NCBI GenBank assembly: GCA_038230835.1
Contig: JBBRMM010000004.1
Span: 157,972-221,971 of the forward strand
Length of the DNA stretch: 64,000 nt
From: Gaiellales bacterium
GTDB taxonomy: Bacteria; Actinomycetota; Thermoleophilia; Gaiellales; JAICJC01
Direction of reading: 5' to 3'
Within the stretch, counting starts at the first letter, position 1. Each line of letters begins with the position of its first letter. Below are positions 18,554 through 27,777 of the stretch, piece after piece. The notes beneath the pieces are model-generated. The model saw only the letters and a list, made by a program, of their open reading frames with translations. It ran no database searches and was not told where the DNA came from. The position numbers were made by a program, and so were the translations under genes.

Positions 18554-20521
18554 GTGACGGAGATGGTGCGCTCGCTACCCAGAATCCTCTCCGCACGGCA
18601 TTCACCGGTCGTCCGCAAGGGCGGCCGGCGCGTCGCGCGGGTATCGCGCGGAGCGCCGGAGCTGGTGGCTGCCGGCTACGTGCGCACCGGCTGGTCGGTC
18701 TCGATTGCGCTCGGGCTGGTGGCCGGCCACGCGCTCGGCCTGACCCCGCTTGCAATCGTGGCGGCCGGACTGGTGTTCGCCGCCACGGCGCTCAGCTATG
18801 CGGAGGGCGTCTCGATGTTCCCGGAGTCGGGCGGCGCGTCGGCCTTCACCCGGCACGCCTTCAACGACCTCGCGAGCTTCGTCTCGGCATGGGCGATGTC
18901 GCTCGCATTCGCGGTCGTAATCGCGATCTCCGCCCTCTTCGCAGTCCACTACCTGAGCGTGTTCTGGGCACCGCTCGCCCACTCCCCGTGGGATCTTGTC
19001 GGCGGCGTCGGCGTGATCGCCGCGGTGGCGCTGCTCAACATCCGCGGCGTCCGGTCACCGCCCGGTCTCGAGGTGTTCCTGGGGATCGTCGGCTTCGGCC
19101 TGGAGGTGCTGCTGGTCGTGCTCGGTGCGATCCTGATCTTCCGGCCACACCAGCTCGCCCAGGGCTTCCACCTCACCGCCGCCCCGTCGGCACGGCAACT
19201 GTTGCTGGGGGTGGTGCTGGCAACCATGGCCTACACCGGCATCGAGACGATCACAGGGATGGCGGGAGAAGCGCGAAATCCCGACCGTGACCTGGGCCGT
19301 GCGGTGCGGGGTCTGCTGGCCGGCGTGCTCGTGCTGTTCTTCGCGCTGTCTGTTGTCGCCCTGATGGCGATGCCCGTCACGAGCACCGCCGGCGGCTCCC
19401 GGCAGACGCTGCTGGCCGGCTCCCCCGGCCATGGTTATGCGGCCTACCCACTGCTGGGGATCGTCGCCCGGCTGCCGTTGCACGTGCTCTCGACCGGTGC
19501 CCTGCACCTGGTCGGACTGCTGGTCGCGGTGGTTCTGGTGGCGGTCGCAAACGCCGGGGTGCTCGGCTTCACGAGGCTCAGCTACTCGCTCTCCCAGCAC
19601 TACCAGTTGCCCGCGGCCGCCGCACGACTGCACCCCCGGTATCAGACCCCTTACGTGGCCGTCGCCGCGTGCACCGCCGTCGCCGCCGGGCTGCTGATGT
19701 CGAGTGCGCTCGTCGCTGACCCCGCCGCATACCTGGCCGGGCTGTATGCCTTCGGCGCGATGATCGTGTTCACGATTCTCCAGCTCGCGATCATCGTCAT
19801 GCGCTGGCGCGATCCGGTGCGACACCGGGCGAGCAAGGTGCCGTTCGGCATCCGCGTGCGGGGCCGCGAGCTACCGCTCACGGCGCTCGCCGGGGGCCTG
19901 GCGACGCTGCTGGTGTGGATCGCCGTGATCGTGCTGCAGCGGGATCCGCGCTGGGTCGGCGGTCTCTGGATGACCGCCGGGCTGGCCGCATACGCCGGCT
20001 ATCGCCGGCGGGCCGGGATCGGGCTCACAGAGCGCCGCCGGCGCGAGATCGCGCACCACATCGGGCCGGGCATCGAGGTCGAGTTCCGCACGATGCTGAT
20101 TCCCGTCAGCACCGACCTGCCCGACATCCCGTCCGACGTCGTCGCCGACGCCGCCTGCCTGGCCGCGGAGCGGCGGTCGCTGATCGTGCTGCTCGCGTTC
20201 ACCGAGATCCCGCTGTCGGAGGAGTTGGACATGGAGATCGACGGTCTCGAGCAGACGGTTCAGCGGTTTGCGGCCCAAGCCGAGGCGATCGGCGAGCGCT
20301 ACGGCATCCGCATCCACACGACGCATCTGCGCACTCGGGATCCGGCGGAATCCATCCTGGCAGAGGCCGGCCGGCGCAGTTCGGAGCTGATTCTGCTCGG
20401 CGCGGAAGGTCTGCACCGGACGACCTTCCGCCGGATCGCCGACGACCACGTGGTGCGACGGATCGCAGCCGAGGCCCAGCAGCGTGTGATGATCGTCAGT
20501 TCCCCGCCGGTGACCGCATGA
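18554..20521 (+). CDS. APC-superfamily amino acid/cation permease fused to a C-terminal universal stress protein (Usp) domain
   Basis: 655 aa. About 12 TM segments with SYAEGVSMFPESGGASAF, then a Usp-like tail (MLIPVSTD...ELILLGAEG...RVMIV). The start is GTG 18554 or ATG 18563. Confidence 0.8.
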   Translation: MTEMVRSLPRILSARHSPVVRKGGRRVARVSRGAPELVAAGYVRTGWSVSIALGLVAGHALGLTPLAIVAAGLVFAATALSYAEGVSMFPESGGASAFTRHAFNDLASFVSAWAMSLAFAVVIAISALFAVHYLSVFWAPLAHSPWDLVGGVGVIAAVALLNIRGVRSPPGLEVFLGIVGFGLEVLLVVLGAILIFRPHQLAQGFHLTAAPSARQLLLGVVLATMAYTGIETITGMAGEARNPDRDLGRAVRGLLAGVLVLFFALSVVALMAMPVTSTAGGSRQTLLAGSPGHGYAAYPLLGIVARLPLHVLSTGALHLVGLLVAVVLVAVANAGVLGFTRLSYSLSQHYQLPAAAARLHPRYQTPYVAVAACTAVAAGLLMSSALVADPAAYLAGLYAFGAMIVFTILQLAIIVMRWRDPVRHRASKVPFGIRVRGRELPLTALAGGLATLLVWIAVIVLQRDPRWVGGLWMTAGLAAYAGYRRRAGIGLTERRRREIAHHIGPGIEVEFRTMLIPVSTDLPDIPSDVVADAACLAAERRSLIVLLAFTEIPLSEELDMEIDGLEQTVQRFAAQAEAIGERYGIRIHTTHLRTRDPAESILAEAGRRSSELILLGAEGLHRTTFRRIADDHVVRRIAAEAQQRVMIVSSPPVTA

Positions 20522-20970
20522 TCCGGATCCTGGTCGTCCCCACCGATCCACACCTCCGTCCGGCGCTGCTGGCCGACGCTGTCGCAAGGGTGTCCCGCGA
20601 GCGCGGCGACGCTCCCGCGATCGTGGAGGTCCTGATCCCGGCGGTGTTGCCGTCCACGCTGCCGATCAGCGCTTGCCCGCCCAGGATCGCGGCCCGACTG
20701 GCCGCCCTTCGGGACGCCGCCGGCGGGTGCCTCTCCTCCCTGCCTGCGACCGGTCGGGTGGAGGTCGTGCCGTGCCGAAGCGTGCCCGCACTGCTGCACG
20801 CCGCCGATCCGCCCGAGCGACTGGTGCTCGTCGGCCGGGCCGGGTGGCGGATCCGGCGCGCCGCTCAAGGGGTGTGCAGCGACGTATCCGTGATCGCACC
20901 GTCGAGACAGAGCCATCGCCAGGTGCAGCCCGCGCCGCTGCGCACCCGGCGGGAAGGGCTGGCCGAGTGA
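20518..20970 (+). CDS. hypothetical protein, weakly Usp-like (150 aa)
   Basis: ATG 20518 overlaps the upstream TGA (ATGA). MIRILVVPTD...LVLVGRAG resembles a Usp fold. In frame with track ORF 19915..20970. Confidence 0.5.
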   Translation: MIRILVVPTDPHLRPALLADAVARVSRERGDAPAIVEVLIPAVLPSTLPISACPPRIAARLAALRDAAGGCLSSLPATGRVEVVPCRSVPALLHAADPPERLVLVGRAGWRIRRAAQGVCSDVSVIAPSRQSHRQVQPAPLRTRREGLAE

Positions 20971-22931
20971 GCAGGATCGAGACGATCGACGTCGCAACTC
21001 CACGCCGTACCGCCACCACCGCCGCTCCCAGTGCCGCCGCCCACAGTGATCCGCACGCCCCTTCGGTGTCCGCCTGGGCCACCTGGGGGCTGTCGCTCGG
21101 TGCGCTGGGAGTGGTGTACGGAGATATCGGCACCAGCCCGCTCTACACCGTGCAGTTGATCTTCGCCGGCGACCACCCGATGCGGCCGACCCCCACGACC
21201 GTGTACGGAGCGATTTCGCTGATCTTCTGGGCGCTGCTGACCGTCGTCACGCTGAAGTACGTGCTGCTGATCCTGCGCGCCGACAACAACGGCGAGGGCG
21301 GGATCATGGCGCTGGTGGCGCTGATCGAGCGCTCGGTGAAGTCCCGCCGCAAGACCGCGCTGGTGATGGTCGGGATCCTGGGAGCGTCGCTGTTCTACGG
21401 CGATGGAATGCTGACACCGGCGATCTCGGTGGTATCCGCGGTGTCGGGGCTGCAGGTGGCCTCACCGAGTCTGGCGGCCCAGGTCGTGCCGTTCTCGATC
21501 GCGATCCTGGCCGGGCTGTTCGCCCTGCAGCGGTTCGGCACCAACGCCGTCGGCGGCCTGTTCGGGCCGATCATGGTGATCTGGTTCCTGGTCATCGGCG
21601 CGCTGGGTGGGCACGAGGTGCTCGCCCATCCGGGAATCGTGCGCGCCCTGTCACCGACCTACGCCGGGGCCTTCATCGCAGCCGACCCGACAGCCGGATT
21701 CCTGTCGCTGGGCGCCGTGTTCCTCGCCGTCACCGGAGCCGAAGCGATCTACGCCGACATGGGCCACTTCGGCCGCCAGGCGATCACGAGGGCCTGGCTG
21801 GGCCTGGCGTTCCCCGCACTGGTGCTCAACTACATGGGTCAGGGCGCGCTGATCCTCGACCGGCCGGCAACGATCTCCAATCCGTTCTTCTTCCTCGTGC
21901 CCGGCGGCCAGACCGGCCAGAAGGCAATGGTCGTGCTGGCCACCGTGGCGACGGTGATCGCCTCCCAGGCCGTGATCTCGGGGGCGTTCTCGGTCACCCA
22001 GCAGGTGATCCAGCTCGGATTCCTGCCCCGGATGTCGATCCGGCACACCTCCACCCGGATCATGGGCCAGATCTACATCCCGGTCGTCAACTGGTTCCTG
22101 ATGACGGCGGTGGTGGCACTGGTGCTCGGCTTCCGCAACCCCAACGGCCTGGCCAACGCCTACGGCATAGCGCTCAGCGCCATCTTTGCCACCAACACCC
22201 TGCTGGCGTTCGTGGTGTTCCGCAAGCTGTGGCGCAAGCCCCTCTGGCTGGTGATCCCGGGCGGCGTGGCATTCATCGCCGTCGAGCTGACGTTCTTCGC
22301 GGCCAACCTGCCCAAGGTGGCGAGCGGCGGCTGGCTGCCACTGGTGGTGGGCGCGGTCTTCTTCACGGCGCTGACGACCTGGCACCGCGGCCGCATGCTG
22401 CTCGGGCGGGCATTGCGTGAAGGCCGCGTGCCGGTGCGCCGGTACCTGAACCGCATGATCGACAACCCGCCCGCGCGGGCACCGGGGACGGCCGTGTTCC
22501 TCACCACCTCCCTGGACGCCATCCCGTCGGCGCTGCTCAACAACGCCGAGCACAACCACATCGTGCACGAGCACGTGGTGCTGCTGAAGGTCGAGACGAT
22601 CGGCGTACCCCACGTCGACGATGCACACCGGATCCTGATCGAGCCGATGCGACTCGGGTTCGTGGGCGTGACGGCGCGCTACGGCTACCAGGACGAGCCG
22701 GACGTGGTCTCGGCGCTGGAACTGGCCCGCCGGCAGGGACTCGAGCTCGACGTCGAGCGCACGTCGTACTACGTCGACCACGTGTCCCTCGTCCCCACCG
22801 GCCACTCCCCGATCGCAGGCTGGCGCAAGCGGCTGTTCGCCGTGCTCTACCAGAACTCGACGCCGATTGCCCGCTACTTCCAGGTCCCGCCCGACCGGGT
22901 GTTCGAAGTCGGCGTCTACGTCGAGTTGTGA
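20967..22931 (+). CDS. kup: KUP/HAK/KT potassium transporter
   Basis: GVVYGDIGTSPLYT signature and a polytopic body. GTG 20967 overlaps the upstream TGA (GTGA). The Arg-rich extension back to 20673 was rejected. Confidence 0.9.
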   Translation: MSRIETIDVATPRRTATTAAPSAAAHSDPHAPSVSAWATWGLSLGALGVVYGDIGTSPLYTVQLIFAGDHPMRPTPTTVYGAISLIFWALLTVVTLKYVLLILRADNNGEGGIMALVALIERSVKSRRKTALVMVGILGASLFYGDGMLTPAISVVSAVSGLQVASPSLAAQVVPFSIAILAGLFALQRFGTNAVGGLFGPIMVIWFLVIGALGGHEVLAHPGIVRALSPTYAGAFIAADPTAGFLSLGAVFLAVTGAEAIYADMGHFGRQAITRAWLGLAFPALVLNYMGQGALILDRPATISNPFFFLVPGGQTGQKAMVVLATVATVIASQAVISGAFSVTQQVIQLGFLPRMSIRHTSTRIMGQIYIPVVNWFLMTAVVALVLGFRNPNGLANAYGIALSAIFATNTLLAFVVFRKLWRKPLWLVIPGGVAFIAVELTFFAANLPKVASGGWLPLVVGAVFFTALTTWHRGRMLLGRALREGRVPVRRYLNRMIDNPPARAPGTAVFLTTSLDAIPSALLNNAEHNHIVHEHVVLLKVETIGVPHVDDAHRILIEPMRLGFVGVTARYGYQDEPDVVSALELARRQGLELDVERTSYYVDHVSLVPTGHSPIAGWRKRLFAVLYQNSTPIARYFQVPPDRVFEVGVYVEL

Positions 22932-22935
22932 GCGC

Positions 22936-23391
22936 TCAGGCGGCGGGCGGTGCGGCCTGCCGGGTGCCGAGCAGCCTGAGCGTGATCCCGGCGGGGGCCG
23001 CCTTGCCCAACGTCCAGCGTTCGATCACGTAGCTGGTGTAGGCGCCGGCCGCGAGCGCGGACGCCGTCCTGTGGGTGGGCAGCCTGGTGGCGGCCGCGGC
23101 CTGGCGCTCCGTCTCCCACAGGCAGAAGCTGAGGCTGCGGCGGCGGCGATCGAGCAGGCCCTGGTGATAGTGCAGCAGTCCGCCTGACGCAACCGCCTCG
23201 GCAAAGGCGAGCTTGTCCTCGCGCCAAAGGCCGCGGCTGTCGGCACCCGCACGCCGGTGCGACCGGAACACCACCAGGTGGTAGTCGCCGTCGCCAAGCG
23301 GGGCGGCCAGGCTGTGCCAGTCGAATGCGGCAGCGGTGGCAAGCCCGGCGTGTGCGGCCCCGCCGAGGGGCTTCACGACCAGTCGTTCCAT
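22936..23391 (-). CDS. hypothetical protein (151 aa), possibly a dimeric alpha/beta-barrel fold
   Basis: The intact ORF has plausible composition (YHLVVFRSHRR...LLHYHQG...LSFCLWE). The family assignment is tentative. Confidence 0.5.
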   Translation of the reverse strand: MERLVVKPLGGAAHAGLATAAAFDWHSLAAPLGDGDYHLVVFRSHRRAGADSRGLWREDKLAFAEAVASGGLLHYHQGLLDRRRRSLSFCLWETERQAAAATRLPTHRTASALAAGAYTSYVIERWTLGKAAPAGITLRLLGTRQAAPPAA

Positions 23392-23542
23392 GGTGCTTCC
23401 AGGCTACCGCACGTCGCCGCCGCCGGCGACTGGCCGAGCGGCCTCAAGCAACGATCGTGGCGAATCTGTTCGCGGTGTGGGAAGATCGCTGGTGGAAGCC
23501 GCGTCTGGAGGACAACCACCCGCCCACCACCAGGAGGACACC

Positions 23543-23695
23543 ATGGGATCGGACGAGCGAGACCGCAAGCGGCAGGACGAGCCTGACGTGGAGGCGCACA
23601 AGTTTCGGGCGAAGGACGAGGAGCCCAAGACGGAGCCCGAAGACAAGGCTGACGACGAGACTCCCGACGTCGAGGCGCACAAGTTCAAGGCGTGA
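23543..23695 (+). CDS. small highly charged repeat protein (50 aa) with two PDVEAHKF(R/K)A motifs
   Basis: AGGAGG RBS 5 nt upstream of ATG 23543. MGSDERDRKRQDEPDVEAHKFRAKDEEPKTEPEDKADDETPDVEAHKFKA. Confidence 0.55.
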   Translation: MGSDERDRKRQDEPDVEAHKFRAKDEEPKTEPEDKADDETPDVEAHKFKA

Positions 23696-23745
23696 GTCGC
23701 GGACCGGTGCCGCGGGCGTCATGAGCCGCGGCACCGGATCCCCGG

Positions 23746-24387
23746 TCATATCCACCGGGAAACGACGTCTTCCACCGCCTCCAGGAGGGCGATTCCGGCT
23801 TTCCTGTCCTCCGGTTCGGCGCCATTGAGAGCGGCCACGAGCCGCGTCAGCACCGCGGCGTCACCCACGCCCTCGTCGAGTAGCGCACGCGCGGCGCGCG
23901 ACCGCGCCAGCAGGTCGAGCGCAATCGCCGCCTGGGTCGCGAACATGCCCAGCAGATCCCCCTGCTCAACGGTGAAGCGCTCGCCCGATGGCCTGTCGAG
24001 CACCTCCAGCACGCCGAGCGAGCGTTCACCCGAAAGGAGCGGCACGGCCATGATCGCCTTCGGAACGTACCCCGTCGACTCGGCTGCCTGACTCGCAAAC
24101 CGCGGATCGGAACTGACGTCGTCCAGCACGAGCGGCTGGCGGGTGACCATCACCCACCCGGCGATCCCGGTGCTCGACGGGAAGCGACGGCCGACCAGGC
24201 TCTCCTCGCCCTCGCCGCTGACCGCCTCGAACACGAGTTGGTCGGCCTCCTCGTCGAGCAGGAACACCGAGGCCGCCCGCGCGCCGAAGATCGCCCGGGC
24301 GACGTCGACGATCGACCGCAACAGCGCGCGATGCAGATCGTCGCCGGGTAGCAACCCGGCCGCGACGGCCGCTCGACTGTCGGTCAC
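23746..24387 (-). CDS. GAF domain protein (213 aa)
   Basis: ASVFLLDEEADQLVFEAVSGEGE...GIAGWV...QPLVLDDV..DPRF...MAVPLL..ERSLGVLEVLD. GTG 24387 overlaps the subtilase TGA (GTGA). Confidence 0.75.
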   Translation of the reverse strand: MTDSRAAVAAGLLPGDDLHRALLRSIVDVARAIFGARAASVFLLDEEADQLVFEAVSGEGEESLVGRRFPSSTGIAGWVMVTRQPLVLDDVSSDPRFASQAAESTGYVPKAIMAVPLLSGERSLGVLEVLDRPSGERFTVEQGDLLGMFATQAAIALDLLARSRAARALLDEGVGDAAVLTRLVAALNGAEPEDRKAGIALLEAVEDVVSRWI

Positions 24388-25220
24388 GGATGTGTCCCCG
24401 CGTTGTCGGCGGTCAGGCCGAGCAGGGTCTTCACTTCGGCCGGGGTCAGATCCGGATGCTTGGAGCGGATGAGCGCACAGATGCCCGCGATGTGAGGGGT
24501 GGCGAAGCTGTTGCCGCTCGCGCGGAGCGTCGAACCGTCCGCCCAGGCGACGTCGACCTCGACACCGCGAGCGTAGAACTCGACCGGCGGCTCGGGGTTT
24601 CGGAGGTAGGCAAGTGGGTCGTCCAGGTCGTGGCTGGCAACCGACACGACCGACGCGAAGCGCCACGGGTAGCTGCGCACCGGCATGTTGTGCGCTGAGG
24701 CGACGATCAGGCTGCGCTTGAAGTACGCGTCGTCGGTCAGGGCGTGCAGGTCGGGCACGAATCGCTCCTTGGTGGTCGAAAGGCTCATGTTGATCACGTC
24801 GAAGCCTCGCATGACCGCCCAGCGGAGGCCCTCGATCAGAGCCGGACCGCTACCGACGAACCCCTCGCCGAGCACGCGCACGCTGACCAGGTCGCAGTCC
24901 GGAGCCAGCGCCCTGATGATGCCGGCACAGGCGGTGCCATGCCCGCAGACATCACCGAGATCATCCGGTTCGACCAGCGTCTCGCCGTCCGCCACCGTCA
25001 CCGACACCGCCTCGCGGACGCCGCCGACCAACGGGTGGCCGGCATCCACCCCGCTGTCGACCACACAGACGGTCGCCCCGGCCCCGGTCGAATCCCCGAA
25101 CGCCCACGCCCGGTCGACGCGTTCCGGCCATGGCCGAGCCCCGAGGAGCCGGCGGGCCGCCGATCCCGCGATCGCGTGCGCGGGCAGGGCATCGTCACTC
25201 GCGTGCAGTCTCACGGACAC
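24384..25220 (-). CDS. S8 (subtilisin) family serine peptidase with no signal peptide
   Basis: Asp/His/Ser triad motifs: VCVVDSGVD, GHGTACAGII, SGNSFATPHIAG. 278 aa with no N-terminal hydrophobic segment. Confidence 0.85.
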   Translation of the reverse strand: MSVRLHASDDALPAHAIAGSAARRLLGARPWPERVDRAWAFGDSTGAGATVCVVDSGVDAGHPLVGGVREAVSVTVADGETLVEPDDLGDVCGHGTACAGIIRALAPDCDLVSVRVLGEGFVGSGPALIEGLRWAVMRGFDVINMSLSTTKERFVPDLHALTDDAYFKRSLIVASAHNMPVRSYPWRFASVVSVASHDLDDPLAYLRNPEPPVEFYARGVEVDVAWADGSTLRASGNSFATPHIAGICALIRSKHPDLTPAEVKTLLGLTADNAGTHP

Positions 25221-25262
25221 CGCGCGATCGTACTCCGTTCACGAGTGCAGACGTGGGGCGGC

Positions 25263-25520
25263 TCAGGCGTCGGCCGGCGGGAGCCGGCGCAGGATGTGAG
25301 CGACGACGTCGTCGGCGAGTTCGTACCCCTCCTGGCGAAGCGCCCCGGACGCGTCCTTGCGAAGCGCATCGCGGAACGTCGGGCTGCTGCCCGCCCGCTC
25401 GAGGATGGAGTCGATCTCGTCGCGCACGAATGGCAGCTCCTGCGCCGTTCGCACCCACGACTCGGGTGCCGGCGGGAGGAGCCGCAAAAGGTGTTCGAGG
25501 TTTCGGTCGTCCATGCTCAC
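25263..25520 (-). CDS. hypothetical 85-aa soluble protein, translationally coupled to the ECF sigma gene
   Basis: GTG 25520 overlaps the sigma TGA (GTGA). No TM segment and no HxxxCxxC zinc anti-sigma motif. Confidence 0.55.
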   Translation of the reverse strand: MSMDDRNLEHLLRLLPPAPESWVRTAQELPFVRDEIDSILERAGSSPTFRDALRKDASGALRQEGYELADDVVAHILRRLPPADA

Positions 25521-26071
25521 CTTCTCTCAGACGGCCGCTGTGCGGGTTGTCTTCCCTCGAGGCTCGCCCGGAGCCTGGCCAGGCACCGGCTGATCCGGCT
25601 TGCGATCGTGCCTGCGGCGATCCCCAGCTCCGCGCCGATGACGACGTACGGCTGCTCGCGGCAGAAGAAGCGGTCGAGGATGTCCCGGCACGGTTGCGAC
25701 AGCCCTTCCAGCGCCTGGCGCACGACGAGCGCGAGCTCGAGCTGCTCGAGCTGGTCGTCCACGGCGCCGGCCGTCTCGTCGGTCAACTCGAGCGTGTCGC
25801 GCCTGCGGCGGAGGTGGTCGATGCACAACCTGCGGGTGAGCTGGCCGATCCAGGCCACCAGAGCGTCGTCGTCGCGCAACATCTCGAGCCGTTCGAACAC
25901 CCGGCTGAAGACGTCCTGGAAGACGTCCTCGGCCTCGTCGGGCGGCAGTCGGAAGACCCGCATGATGATGGCGTAGACATAGCGGGAGTGGGTGGCGACC
26001 AGTTCCCGCCAGGCGTCCTGGTCGCCTCGCCGGCACCGCTCGACGAGCGCATGCACGGGCGTCTCGCTCAT
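25517..26071 (-). CDS. ECF-type sigma-70 family RNA polymerase sigma factor
   Basis: Region 2 (YVYAIIMRVFRLPPDEAEDVFQDVF) and region 4 (GAELGIAAGTIASRISRCLARLR). ATG 26071 overlaps the upstream TGA (ATGA). Confidence 0.85.
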   Translation of the reverse strand: MSETPVHALVERCRRGDQDAWRELVATHSRYVYAIIMRVFRLPPDEAEDVFQDVFSRVFERLEMLRDDDALVAWIGQLTRRLCIDHLRRRRDTLELTDETAGAVDDQLEQLELALVVRQALEGLSQPCRDILDRFFCREQPYVVIGAELGIAAGTIASRISRCLARLRASLEGRQPAQRPSERR

Positions 26072-27714
26072 GCCGTCACCACGCCGGGCCGCAGCGCGCC
26101 CAGGCGCGCCGAGATGACGACGTCGGCCTCCGCCGCGCTCGGCGGGTGACCGGTGACCGCGGCCAGGAACTCCTCGCGGGCCAGTGTCAGCAGGTCGCAC
26201 GCGGTAAGCGCGCGCACGCTTGCGGTGCGCGGCACGTCGCGCAGCAGCGCGATCTCGCCGAACACGTCGCCCGCCTCGAGCGGCGAGCCTGAACGCCCGT
26301 CGACATCGACCGCGAGCTCGCCGGAAGCTACCAGATACAAGCGATCACCCGGATCTCCCTGATGGATCACCCCCGCGCCGGCGGCGACGGCGAGCGGCTC
26401 CAGCTGCCGCGCAAGCTGCTCGAGCGTCCCGTCGGCCAGCGGCGCGAAGATGCGGTGGGCGCGCAGCAACTCCACCCGCCGTCCGGTGTCTGGGTCGAGG
26501 CTGTCGAGCTGCATCAGCGTGCGGGCAACGACCGCCACTACCGCCGGCAGCACGAGCCCGGTGATGACCAGCGCTGGGCGGATGCCGAGTACGTGGATTG
26601 CGACCGGGGCGAGCACCGAGCCGATGCCCAGCGACGCCATCAGCAGGCTCTCGACCACACCGAACACACGACCCAGCACCGCGTCGGGCGCCGATCGTTG
26701 GATCAGGGTGACCGCAGTGACGTCGACGATCGTGTTGCTCACCCCCACTCCGGCTATCAGCACCACCACGATCCACGTGCTGGTCGTCGCGCCCAGCACC
26801 GCCACCCCGGTGCCCCACCCGATCACCCCCACCGCGAAGACGGCGGCGAGCCTCCGTGTTCCGGCCAGCCCGGTCGCGATCACACCGCCCAGAATGGCGC
26901 CCACACCAAACACCGAGTCGAGGTACCCCACGCCGGCGTTGCCCAGTCCGAGCACGTCGATCGCCAGCACCACGGTGAACACACCGAGCGCACCCGCAAC
27001 CATGCATTGGGCTGCGTAGGTGCACGTCACCGCTATCAGCGCGGGCGCCGAGGCGATCGTCCTCAGGCCCGCGGTGAGTCCGGTGTGCGCCTCCCCTGCC
27101 GCCCCGGGCGGATCGGCGCTCCGTGGCGGCTCGTCGATCGACCAGACCAGCGCCGCCGACCACAGGTAGGCGGCGACGCACAGCGCGAAGACGGACGCCG
27201 TACCGGACACCGCGAGCACCAGACCGCCAATCCCGGGCCCCACAAAGATCCCGGCACCCTCGATCGTGCCGGCAAGCGCGTTGGACGCCGTGACCTGCTC
27301 CGGGGTGGCCGCAAGCGCCGGCACGAGCGCCGCCTGCGCCGGGCGGAAGGCGGTTGAGACCACCGAGATCACCACCGCCAAGGCGTAGATCGACCACGCC
27401 GAAGCATGCGTCACCGCGAGCACGCCGACCGCGATCGTGAGCGCCGCGCGCAGGACATCGCAGATCACCATCACCGGCCGCCGTTGGTGGCGGTCGGCCA
27501 ACGCCGAGAGCAGCGGCGAGGCGAGCGACGCGGCGACCATCCGAGCCAGGATCAGCCACCCCACGGCCGCGGCGCCACCCGCACGGTAGGCGATCACCGA
27601 CAGCGCGATCAGGTAGGCGTAGGAGCCGAGTACCGACCCGGCCCACGCCAGCTGCAGGCGGCGAAGTTCCGGGTTGGCGACGGCCACACCAAGTGCCTGG
27701 AGACGGCCGGACAT
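26068..27714 (-). CDS. MFS transporter fused to a C-terminal cyclic-nucleotide-binding domain
   Basis: About 12 TM helices, then a cNMP-binding fold (VIHQGDPGDRLYLVASGEL...GDVFGEIALLRDVPRTASVRA). Confidence 0.85.
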   Translation of the reverse strand: MSGRLQALGVAVANPELRRLQLAWAGSVLGSYAYLIALSVIAYRAGGAAAVGWLILARMVAASLASPLLSALADRHQRRPVMVICDVLRAALTIAVGVLAVTHASAWSIYALAVVISVVSTAFRPAQAALVPALAATPEQVTASNALAGTIEGAGIFVGPGIGGLVLAVSGTASVFALCVAAYLWSAALVWSIDEPPRSADPPGAAGEAHTGLTAGLRTIASAPALIAVTCTYAAQCMVAGALGVFTVVLAIDVLGLGNAGVGYLDSVFGVGAILGGVIATGLAGTRRLAAVFAVGVIGWGTGVAVLGATTSTWIVVVLIAGVGVSNTIVDVTAVTLIQRSAPDAVLGRVFGVVESLLMASLGIGSVLAPVAIHVLGIRPALVITGLVLPAVVAVVARTLMQLDSLDPDTGRRVELLRAHRIFAPLADGTLEQLARQLEPLAVAAGAGVIHQGDPGDRLYLVASGELAVDVDGRSGSPLEAGDVFGEIALLRDVPRTASVRALTACDLLTLAREEFLAAVTGHPPSAAEADVVISARLGALRPGVVTA

Positions 27715-27777
27715 CGGCCCATCATTGCAAGTTTGGACACCCCGGGTATGCGCGGACGGATACCGAGGTGGACGGGC

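Noticed and set aside
20673-20966. Long N-terminal extension of Kup (track ORF start 20673)
   Set aside because: The extension is Arg/Pro/Ala-rich and overlaps the preceding 150-aa gene. The GTG at 20967 gives a normal Kup N-terminus.
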